Source: an uncultured Actinomycetota bacterium
Lineage (GTDB): Bacteria; Actinomycetota; Actinomycetes; JAHEKZ01
DNA: 64,000 bases
Direction of reading: 5' to 3'
NCBI GenBank assembly: GCA_963718235.1
Contig: CAVQYR010000001.1
Span: 1,888,001 to 1,952,000 of the forward strand
The notes beneath the pieces are model-generated. The model saw only the letters and a list, made by a program, of their open reading frames with translations, did not search any database and was not told where the DNA came from. Position numbers and translations under genes: made by a program. Shown piece by piece: positions 46,122-53,749 of this stretch (position 1 is its first letter; each line of letters starts with the position of its first letter).

Positions 46122-46919
46122 TCAGCCGAGGACTCCCAGGTAGGCGTCCCACACCCCATCACCGAAGAGCACGGCGAGCCAGGCACCCAGAAGCATGAAC
46201 GGCCCGAACGGGATCTTGGACTTCCGGCCGGCCCGGTGGGACAGCATGAGGGCGCCGCCGACCACGGCCCCGAGCAGGAAGCCCAGGAACCCCCCCACGG
46301 CCAGCACACCCCAGCCCAGCCAGCCCAGGACAAGCCCCAGGACTCCCGCGAGCTTGACGTCCCCGAACCCCATCCCCGACGGGTACACCAGCACCAGGAC
46401 GAAGTAGAGGCCGAACAGAGCGGCTGCGGCGAGCCAGGCCCGCAGGTAGTCCCCCCACGATCCGTCCGCCACCGTTGGGAGCAGCAGCAGTGCCCCGAGA
46501 ACGGGGTACGACGGCAGCGTGAGGGCATCGGGGAGCCGGTGGACATCCAGGTCGATGAGGGCCAGTGCCACGCCAACGGCCCCGAAGTACAGGTAGGCAG
46601 GCAGGACCCAGTCGAACCCGAACCGAAGGGCCATGGACACGAACACCAGGCCGGTGAGCAGCTCGACGAGCGGGTACCGGATGCTGATCGGCGCCCGACA
46701 CTGTCGACAACTTCCGCGCAGCAGCAGCCACGACAGGACCGGGATGTTGTCCAGCGCCCCGATCTCGTAGCCGCACCGAGGGCAGCGGGAGCGTGGGGAG
46801 ACGACCGACTCCCCGCGCGGGACCCGATAGATCACGACGTTAAGGAACGACCCGACGATCAGCCCGAGGACGGCGCACAGGACAGTCAGCACGGCCGTAC
46901 CGTAGTCGCCAAGCACCAC
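46122..46919 (-). CDS. pilD: Prepilin peptidase (A24)
   Basis: GSFLNVVIYRVP, two CxxC pairs, IDLDVHRLP, MGFGDVKL, PFGPF; start approximate. Confidence 0.95.
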   Translation of the reverse strand: MVLGDYGTAVLTVLCAVLGLIVGSFLNVVIYRVPRGESVVSPRSRCPRCGYEIGALDNIPVLSWLLLRGSCRQCRAPISIRYPLVELLTGLVFVSMALRFGFDWVLPAYLYFGAVGVALALIDLDVHRLPDALTLPSYPVLGALLLLPTVADGSWGDYLRAWLAAAALFGLYFVLVLVYPSGMGFGDVKLAGVLGLVLGWLGWGVLAVGGFLGFLLGAVVGGALMLSHRAGRKSKIPFGPFMLLGAWLAVLFGDGVWDAYLGVLG

Positions 46920-46924
46920 CGAAC

Positions 46925-48574
46925 TCAGTACTGAGGACTCAGCTCGGCCGTGGTCTTGGCCCCCCAGACCGCGTTCGTCCACTGCGGGAAGTACGGCGGA
47001 GAGGTGAACTTCAGCCGCGAGTCGTACCCGTAGTCCTTCAGGTACCCGGTACCGCTGCCGCCACTGGTACCCACGATCCCGCGCCAGCGCTGGGCGATGG
47101 ATCCCCGGACGTGCAGGGTGCCCATCTTGGCGCCGTCGTTGTAGGACTGGACCCAGAAGCTGTGCTGCAGCGTCTGCAGCGACGCGTAGATCCACCGGTC
47201 GCCGACCGCGGTCAGGTTGTTGCCGCTGGCGTCGACGGGGTGGTAGACCACGACCGAGTTGGCAGCCACGAGCCCCAGCATGTCGGGACCGCTCGGGGCG
47301 GACCCCACTGGCGCGCCGGCGATCAGCATGTCACCCGTCACGACGATGTTGTTCTGGGCAGCCACGGTGACCCGGCCCAGGAGCGTCCCCTGGATGTAGG
47401 CGTTGCCGTTGCCGCAGTAGAACGTCGGGGTGTTCATGTTGTCGTCGTTGGCGATCGGTAGCCCGTCACCGATCTGGCCCGTGGTGCACTTGGCCTGGGT
47501 CGACGCGTTCTTGACGTAGATGACCTTGTCGTTGGGTACTGGCACCGTTACCGGGGAGGCCCCGGTGAAGGTTCCGCATCCCGCTCCGGTCGAGGTACCC
47601 GCGCTTCGGGTGCTCCAAACTGTCATCGTTCCGTTGCTGTTGAACTTGATCCGGGTGTCGCCGGTGTACTGGCAGCCGGGGTAGCCGCTGAACGCGCTGC
47701 TGTTGTCCGGCAGGTACAGCAGCGGTGCGTAGCGGGGCTGCCCGCCGTTCAGGTTGGGCGTGCCGCTGCCGCGACGGCAGTTGGCGATGCTCGGCGTCTT
47801 GCACTTCGGGTCGGCGGTCTCGTACTGCTTGAGGAACGTCGTCGAGCCGTTGATCAGCGGAGTGTCGTTGAAGTGCACCGCGCCGTCGAGGACGTCACCC
47901 GAGACGAACTGGATCTCGGTGCATCCGCGTGAGCTGTTCTCCCACCAGTAGTCGGCGCTGGCCGGCCCGGACTTGCCGCACGCGTTCGTCGAAGGTCCGG
48001 TCGGGTAGACCTGGGTGTTGCCGGGGTCGGCGTCCTCGAAGTCGGTGTAGTAGAGGAAGTCGGTCGATCCACCGCGCGAGACGAGCACCTGGATCGAGCG
48101 TGAGCTGGTCCGCACCTTGCCGGTCACCGTGACGCGCACCGCGCCCTGGCTGTAGATGCCGCTCGCGTCCACGTCGTAGTGGAAGAGCCCGGCGTCGCTG
48201 TTGCCCGGCTGGACGTACTGCCAGCCCGGGGTGGTCGACGCGTTCCAGCCACAGCTGTTCGTACCGGCCTTGGGCCCCTTGAGCGCCGGGTTCGTGCAGT
48301 CGACCGAGGTCCAGTAGGTGTCGCTCTGGTTGAGCCGGGCAATGTAGTCGTCGACCCCTGCCTGGGCCGCCGCAAGGGCCGCGTTCCAGTCCTGGCTGCG
48401 CCGAGCGCCCGGCTGCGCCTGCAGAGCCATCGTGAAGGCTGCCGCGAGGAGCATGCTGAGGACCGTGATCGACGCCATCACCAAGATCATGGCGATGCCC
48501 TGGTCCTCGCCCGGGTCAGGGGCTCGACCGCTGAGGCGGTTGGCGACGTTTCGGTACATGTCTGCTCCTGTCAC
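46925..48574 (-). CDS. Large PilX-like minor pilin / putative tip adhesin
   Basis: Class III signal G|IAMILV without Glu5, A..AA.AG motif, Cys-rich beta-rich body, C-terminal GY.KDY.YD.RL..PPYFP. Confidence 0.75.
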   Translation of the reverse strand: MTGADMYRNVANRLSGRAPDPGEDQGIAMILVMASITVLSMLLAAAFTMALQAQPGARRSQDWNAALAAAQAGVDDYIARLNQSDTYWTSVDCTNPALKGPKAGTNSCGWNASTTPGWQYVQPGNSDAGLFHYDVDASGIYSQGAVRVTVTGKVRTSSRSIQVLVSRGGSTDFLYYTDFEDADPGNTQVYPTGPSTNACGKSGPASADYWWENSSRGCTEIQFVSGDVLDGAVHFNDTPLINGSTTFLKQYETADPKCKTPSIANCRRGSGTPNLNGGQPRYAPLLYLPDNSSAFSGYPGCQYTGDTRIKFNSNGTMTVWSTRSAGTSTGAGCGTFTGASPVTVPVPNDKVIYVKNASTQAKCTTGQIGDGLPIANDDNMNTPTFYCGNGNAYIQGTLLGRVTVAAQNNIVVTGDMLIAGAPVGSAPSGPDMLGLVAANSVVVYHPVDASGNNLTAVGDRWIYASLQTLQHSFWVQSYNDGAKMGTLHVRGSIAQRWRGIVGTSGGSGTGYLKDYGYDSRLKFTSPPYFPQWTNAVWGAKTTAELSPQY

Positions 48575-49287
48575 GGACTCGGAGTCGTCTGGGCGATGGC
48601 GTCGGCGTTAGGCAGGGTCACCCTGGACGCGAAGGTCGTCGCGGGCACCCGCGTGCCGTTGCCGACCCGCGTCGAGACCACCACGTCGACGCTGTCGACC
48701 AGCGACAGCGCAGTGGCGTTCAGCGTTGCCGTGCCGAGTGACGTCCCCGTGTTGTCGTAGTAGGTGAACACGGTCTGTCCGGGCACCATGTTGCGGGCCA
48801 GGACCCGGCTCTTGACGACGCAGCCTGGACCTGGGGTGCAGTACTGGTAGTTGTAGTCGTTCGCGGCGTGGGCGTTGGGTGCCTGCACGGTCTCGACCAG
48901 CTCGTTCGCGGCGTTCACCGCGTAGCTGACCCGGCTGGGCCCAATGACGTTGTTGTCGTTGTTGATGTTCGCGTAGAACTGCACCGAGGTCGGTGTCCCC
49001 TGGATGAAGGCAGCAAGGTTGCTGCAGCCGGTACAGGTGGCGTTCAGCTGCGAGGGCAACACCGCTGTGCGCAGGTTCTTGGTCACCGACTCGATGGCCT
49101 GGCGGCCCTGCTGGGTCTGGTCGACGCGGTTCGACTGGTCGCTGACGGTGCGCTGCGTCATGATCAGGGCGGTCTGGACCCCGGCCAGCACGACTCCGAG
49201 GATGAAGATCGTGATGATCACCTCGGTGAGGGTGAAGCCGCCGTCGCCGCTGGCGGCCCTGTTGCGGCGTCGAAGGAACTCGGTCAC
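48571..49287 (-). CDS. Minor pilin (PilW-like)
   Basis: G|FTLTEV prepilin N-methylation motif. Confidence 0.85.
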   Translation of the reverse strand: MTEFLRRRNRAASGDGGFTLTEVIITIFILGVVLAGVQTALIMTQRTVSDQSNRVDQTQQGRQAIESVTKNLRTAVLPSQLNATCTGCSNLAAFIQGTPTSVQFYANINNDNNVIGPSRVSYAVNAANELVETVQAPNAHAANDYNYQYCTPGPGCVVKSRVLARNMVPGQTVFTYYDNTGTSLGTATLNATALSLVDSVDVVVSTRVGNGTRVPATTFASRVTLPNADAIAQTTPSP

Positions 49288-50636
49288 GTCGTCACCGCCG
49301 TCACGGTCGAGGGAGTGGAGGTCGGGAGCAGCCCGGAGATCGTGGGCCAGCTCCCGGAGGGGCTTCGGCCCTGGACCTGGATGACCCAGCTGCCTGCCGG
49401 CAGAGAAGTCAGGAGGTCACCGGACCCGTTGGTGACGCCGAGGTTCAGTGAGGTGTCCGTGGTCAGGCAGCCAGTCGTCGATGAGGGAACCGCGACCACC
49501 GTGGCGTTGGAGAGCCACACCCCGGCTGCGGTCCGGACCCGCACCCGGACAGGTGCCAGCCGGGTCGTGGTCGAGGCCGAGGCGCCCGGCGCTACTACGA
49601 CCGCTGCCGAGCGGGTTCCGCCTGCCGTGGCCGGGTCGGACTGGGAGCAGGTGCCGGCCCAGACCGAGTAGCCGTCGGGGAAGGGCCACAGGGTCGGGAT
49701 CGTCGTGGTGGCGCCGGACGACGCCAGCAGCCGGGTCCCGGTCGGCTGGAGCCCCGTGTTCGCCAGGGTGACGCCAGGCAGGGTCGCGGGCAGGGCATAG
49801 CCGCCCTCGGTCGTGAACGTGACCGCGAGCGTCGAGGCCCGGTCGTAGTTGAAGGTCAGCTGCGAGAGGGTCCCGGAGCTGACGACGACGTTCTTCGAAG
49901 GGCTCTGTGTGCCGTAGAAGTCCACGTAGCCGGCCGTGTTCATCGAGGCGGCGTAGGTACCGAAGCTCGTCACGGAGAAGACCGCGCAGCCGTCGTCTGC
50001 GGTTGTGTCGGTGGAGGTGCCGCCTGGTCCGGACAGCTGAACGAGCTGGCCGATGCGCGGCTGACCGGCGCTGTCCAGGACCTTGACCCCGACGAAGGCC
50101 AGCGTCGAGGACAGGATGCCCTTCTTGGGGGTGAGGATCGTGCTCGTCTCGACCGGCGGCACGTTACCCATCCCCGGCCAGGTCACCTCGACCTTGACCG
50201 ACAGGGTCGGGTACGTGATGGCCGCGCCGCCGTCGCAGGCGCTCTTGCCGGACCCGGCCGGCAGCCACTCCACGTTTCGGGTCACGGTGTATGGCACGCT
50301 GTCGACGTACAGAGGGTTGCCTACCGTTCCCCCGGGCAACGGGTGGGGATTGACCACGAAGTTCGTCGCGGCCAGGGTCGTGGGTCCGGTCAGCGAGGCG
50401 TTGAACTCGTTCCGGACGATCTCCGCCTCACGCGACGCGAGGTTGGCCGCCGCCACCCGGTTCTTGTCCAGCCTCGCCGTCTTCATGACCGCCGCCAGGC
50501 CGGCCACGGTCGCGGCGGCCACGACGGCGAAGATCACCATCGCGATGACCACTTCGATCAGGGTGAGTCCGGCCTCGTCAGAACGAGGTCCGCCACGCGC
50601 GTTGGGGTACCTGGGCACCCGGAAGGCCTTCCGCAT
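49284..50636 (-). CDS. Minor pilin (PilV-like) with C-terminal Ig/carboxypeptidase-regulatory-like domains
   Basis: G|LTLIEV motif; V.V.D..G.P...T..DG repeats; ATG 50636 lies 9 nt after a promoter -10. Confidence 0.82.
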   Translation of the reverse strand: MRKAFRVPRYPNARGGPRSDEAGLTLIEVVIAMVIFAVVAAATVAGLAAVMKTARLDKNRVAAANLASREAEIVRNEFNASLTGPTTLAATNFVVNPHPLPGGTVGNPLYVDSVPYTVTRNVEWLPAGSGKSACDGGAAITYPTLSVKVEVTWPGMGNVPPVETSTILTPKKGILSSTLAFVGVKVLDSAGQPRIGQLVQLSGPGGTSTDTTADDGCAVFSVTSFGTYAASMNTAGYVDFYGTQSPSKNVVVSSGTLSQLTFNYDRASTLAVTFTTEGGYALPATLPGVTLANTGLQPTGTRLLASSGATTTIPTLWPFPDGYSVWAGTCSQSDPATAGGTRSAAVVVAPGASASTTTRLAPVRVRVRTAAGVWLSNATVVAVPSSTTGCLTTDTSLNLGVTNGSGDLLTSLPAGSWVIQVQGRSPSGSWPTISGLLPTSTPSTVTAVTT

Positions 50637-50645
50637 GCCAGATGG

Positions 50646-50672
50646 GTCGGCATCGCCAAACCCCGTCTTGAG
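50646..50672 (-). promoter_or_regulatory. Sigma28/FliA-WhiG-type promoter of the minor-pilin/pilD unit
   Basis: CTCA-N17-GCCGAC. Confidence 0.75.
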
Positions 50673-50723
50673 CGCCGGATCGGTTGATTTGTGCCGTCCT
50701 GGGGCACTCGACCCCCTGGAACG

Positions 50724-50765
50724 CCCGTGGGCCCCGTCCGGCGTGTGACGGACGGGGCCCACGGG
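50724..50765 (-). terminator. Hairpin after major pilin copy 2
   Basis: 17-bp stem CCCGTGGGCCCCGTCCG/CGGACGGGGCCCACGGG. Confidence 0.8.
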
Positions 50766-50774
50766 GTTCGTCGA

Positions 50775-51161
50775 TCAGGTGCAGACGGTCTTGGACAGGC
50801 CGCCTGCGTCGCTGTCGTAGTACCAACGGGTGATCGAGGCATCCACGTTGGCGGCCCGCAGGCAGAATGCTGAGTTGCCACCGGAGATCACCGTGATCGT
50901 GTTGCCGGTCGACGTCTTCAGAGTCGCCGGGAGAGCGGCCAGCGAAGCCGGGTACACGTTGAAGTCGGTGTAGTAGGTCTCCATCTCGTTCGCCACGGTA
51001 CGGAGGTCGGACTTCATCGACGACTCAGTCGCCTTCTTGCGCTGGTTGAGGAAGACCGGGATCGCAATCGCGGCCAGAATACCGATGATGATGATCACGA
51101 CGAGGAGCTCGATCAGCGTGAAGCCGCTGTCGTCCCTCGACGCTCGGATCCGAGCAAACAT
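50775..51161 (-). CDS. pilA: Type IV major pilin, copy 2
   Basis: G|FTLIELLVVIIIIGILAAIAIP; C-terminal Cys pair; GGAAGGAAG RBS. Confidence 0.9.
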   Translation of the reverse strand: MFARIRASRDDSGFTLIELLVVIIIIGILAAIAIPVFLNQRKKATESSMKSDLRTVANEMETYYTDFNVYPASLAALPATLKTSTGNTITVISGGNSAFCLRAANVDASITRWYYDSDAGGLSKTVCT

Positions 51162-51237
51162 GACACTTCCTTCCGCAGCTCGCTCGCCGATTTGCCGGAG
51201 GAGCCACAACTCCACGGATTGCTATGACCCTGGATAC

Positions 51238-51265
51238 TTCGGACCGCCGACCCACCGAACTTGAG
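51238..51265 (-). promoter_or_regulatory. Imperfect sigma28-type promoter of pilin copy 2
   Basis: CTCA-N18-TCCGAA (one mismatch, spacer one base longer). Confidence 0.5.
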
Positions 51266-51307
51266 CCGGAAGTTGTGTTCGTGTGTTGCACGTGCGGGCC
51301 GCGGACG

Positions 51308-51345
51308 CCAGAAGGTGGGCCGACTCTCGTCGACCCACCTTCTGG
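51308..51345 (-). terminator. Hairpin after the middle pilin
   Basis: CCAGAAGGTGGG...CCCACCTTCTGG stem. Confidence 0.75.
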
Positions 51346-51359
51346 TGCAACTGCAACGA

Positions 51360-51807
51360 TCAGCCAGTCACGGATCCCCCGAAGCTGCCCCCGACGGAGA
51401 TGGGACAACCTGGAGAGTTCCGGGGCTGGAGGCCGCCGGCCCTGCTGTCGTAGTACCACTTCGAGCCTGCATCGGCGTGCTGGCCCTCGATGCAGTACCC
51501 GAGCGTGTCGTACGAGGTGATGGTCACCGTGACTCCCGGCGAGGCGACGATGATTTGAGCCGTCCGCAGCGAGGTCGGTGACTGTTCCATAGGTGAAGCT
51601 CGACGTGAAGTAGGTCTCCTGGAACTTCGCGGCAACTTCGATGTCGCTCTTGATGGATGCCTCACGAGCTCGCTGCCTCTGTGACAAGAGGTAGGGGATG
51701 GCGATCGCGGCGAGGATTCCGATGATGATGATGACGACGAGCAACTCGATGAGCGTGAAGCCCTGGTCCTGTCTGTCACGGCGAACCGTCGGTGCGCTGT
51801 GATCCAT
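51360..51807 (-). CDS. Type IV pilin, divergent middle paralog (one extra base near 51555)
   Basis: G|FTLIELL motif in ORF 51025-51807; C-terminal YCI..WYYDS..GG..C in ORF 51360-51866. Confidence 0.85.
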
Positions 51808-51826
51808 GACATTTCCCCTTGAGACG

Positions 51827-51870
51827 CCTCATGGGTCCCGCCCGAAGTGTGACGGACGGGACCCATGAGG
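51827..51870 (-). terminator. Hairpin after major pilin copy 1
   Basis: Minus-strand stem CCTCATGGGTCCCGTCCG/CGGGCGGGACCCATGAGG. Confidence 0.8.
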
Positions 51871-51877
51871 TTGTCGA

Positions 51878-52270
51878 TCAGGTGCAGACGGTCTTGGACA
51901 GGCCGCCGCCGTCGCTGTCGTAGTACCAGACGGCGATGGACGCGTCCACGTTGTTGGCACGCAGGCAGAATGCCGACGCCCCACCGGACACGACGGTCAG
52001 GGTGTTGCCGGTCGACGTCTTGAGTGTCGCCGGGAGTGCAGCCAGCGAAGCCGGGTACAGGTTGAAGTCGGTGTAGTAGGTCTCCATCTCGTTCGCCACG
52101 GTACGGAGGTCGGACTTCATCGACGACTCAGTCGCCTTCTTGCGCTGGTTGAGGAAGACCGGGATCGCAATCGCGGCCAGAATACCGATGATGATGATCA
52201 CGACGAGGAGCTCGATCAGCGTGAAGCCGCCGTCTCGCTCTTCCATCGCCTTGCGGATACGAGCGTGCAT
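51878..52270 (-). CDS. pilA: Type IV major pilin, copy 1
   Basis: G|FTLIELLVVIIIIGILAAIAIP; GGAAAGGGA RBS. Confidence 0.92.
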   Translation of the reverse strand: MHARIRKAMEERDGGFTLIELLVVIIIIGILAAIAIPVFLNQRKKATESSMKSDLRTVANEMETYYTDFNLYPASLAALPATLKTSTGNTLTVVSGGASAFCLRANNVDASIAVWYYDSDGGGLSKTVCT

Positions 52271-52339
52271 CTGATGTCCCTTTCCGGACGAGAATCGTCG
52301 AGCCTTCGACATTCAGCCCTCAAGGACTCTTGTGGAGTC

Positions 52340-52419
52340 CGACCGAGGTAGCTGGGCTGACCCGAGGGTCCCCTGGCTTTGCGTCCCCGCCTCTCGGCGG
52401 GTTTGCCCGTTCTGGCCGT
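52340..52419 (-). ncRNA. c-di-GMP-I (GEMM) riboswitch in the pilin 5' UTR
   Basis: Minus strand GGGCAAACCCGCC-GAGA-GGCGGGGACGCAAAGCCAGGGGACCCUCGGGUCAGCCCAGCUACC has the GGCAAACC / GNRA / GGACGCAAAGC / CAGC..UACC hallmarks; P1 CGGCC/GGUCG. Confidence 0.92.
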
Positions 52420-52440
52420 TGGCTCTCTTACGTCTGGGTT

Positions 52441-52467
52441 TTCGGCTCTCCGCTCGCCCATCTTGAG
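52441..52467 (-). promoter_or_regulatory. Sigma28/FliA-WhiG-type promoter of the riboswitch-pilin transcript
   Basis: CTCA-N17-GCCGAA, about 20 nt upstream of the aptamer. Confidence 0.82.
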
Positions 52468-52515
52468 GGCAATCGGGGTCGACTTCGGGGCGACCCCGCG
52501 AAGGTCGAGTGCTGC

Positions 52516-53739
52516 CTACTTGATGAGGTCGAAGACCTTGAAGATCGGGAGGTACAGGGCGATGATCATCGACCCGACCATGCCACCCAGGACGGCGATC
52601 ATCAGCGGCTCGATCAGCGAGGTGAGCGCCTCAGTGGTGGCCTCGACCTCCTGGTCGTAGAAGTCGCTGATCTTGTGCAGCATCGCGTCCAGCGCGCCCG
52701 TGTCCTCGCCGACGGCGAGCATCTGGACGACCATGGGCGGGAAGACCGAGTGGTTGGCCAGGGGCTGCGTGAGCGACTCACCGTTGCGCACACTCTCCTG
52801 GACGTCCCTGACGGCTCGCGCCACCACGACGTTGCCCGAGGTGTCGGCCACGATGTCCAGGCTCTGCAGGATCGGCACGCCGGCGTGCAGCAGCGTTCCG
52901 AAGTTACGGGTGAAGCGGCTCAGCGCGATCTTCTGGAAGAGGTTGCCGAAGACCGGCAGCTTGAGCTTCAGCGGGTCGACGAAGTTGCGAACCCGCTCGT
53001 CGCGCTTGATCTTCTTCCAGACGACGAGGCTCACGATGCCCAGGATCAGGATGATCGGGAAGAACGTCTTGAGCAGGTTGCTGAGGTTCACCAGGATCAG
53101 CGTGGGCGTCGGGAGCGTCGCTCCGAGACCGTCGAACATCTTGGCGAACACAGGCACGATGAACAGCAGCATGCCCGTGACGGCCAGGAGGGCGATGACG
53201 AAGACCACGACCGGGTACGTCATGGCCGACTTGATCTTGCCCCGCAGCTTCACCTCGGCCTCGTAGTTGGCGGCGATCTGCAGCAGCACCTGGTCCAGGA
53301 AGCCGCCGACCTCACCCGCTCGCACCATGTTCACCATGAGTGGCGGGAAGACATCCTCGTGCGAAGCGAGGGCGTTCGACAGCGACTGACCGGTCTCGAC
53401 CTCGTTGCGGACCTCGCCGAGGACCTCAGCCAGCTTCTTGTTCGGAGTCTGCTCGGACAGGATGTTCAGCGCCCGCAGCAGGGAGAGACCAGAGTTGATC
53501 ATCGTCGCGAACTGCCGAGACATGACCGCCAGGTCCTTGAGCTTGACCTTGGCCCCCATGCCGGGGAGCGTCAGGTCCCGCTTCATCCCAGCCTTGTGCT
53601 CGGAGATCGACATGGGTGCATAGCCCATGCTCTTCAGCTTGCTGGCCACCGCAGACGGTGACTCCGCGTCGAGGGTGCCGGAGACCACGTTCCCGCTGCG
53701 GTCCCGGACGGAGTACTCGTAGGTCGTCGTCGATGCCAT
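52516..53739 (-). CDS. pilC: Type IV pilus platform protein PilC (GspF family)
   Basis: RQFATMI.SG, AGEVGG, AMTYP, VGEDTG, LIEP. Confidence 0.96.
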   Translation of the reverse strand: MASTTTYEYSVRDRSGNVVSGTLDAESPSAVASKLKSMGYAPMSISEHKAGMKRDLTLPGMGAKVKLKDLAVMSRQFATMINSGLSLLRALNILSEQTPNKKLAEVLGEVRNEVETGQSLSNALASHEDVFPPLMVNMVRAGEVGGFLDQVLLQIAANYEAEVKLRGKIKSAMTYPVVVFVIALLAVTGMLLFIVPVFAKMFDGLGATLPTPTLILVNLSNLLKTFFPIILILGIVSLVVWKKIKRDERVRNFVDPLKLKLPVFGNLFQKIALSRFTRNFGTLLHAGVPILQSLDIVADTSGNVVVARAVRDVQESVRNGESLTQPLANHSVFPPMVVQMLAVGEDTGALDAMLHKISDFYDQEVEATTEALTSLIEPLMIAVLGGMVGSMIIALYLPIFKVFDLIK

Positions 53740-53749
53740 GGCTAGCCTC

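Noticed and set aside
51808-51826. CTCAAG upstream of the middle pilin (also near 8290-8302) as another sigma28 promoter
   Set aside because: No GCCGA box at the right distance; it overlaps the AAGGGG ribosome-binding site
52340-52419. 3',3'-cGAMP (GEMM-Ib) riboswitch variant
   Set aside because: The specificity position equivalent to Vc2 G20 is G, not A
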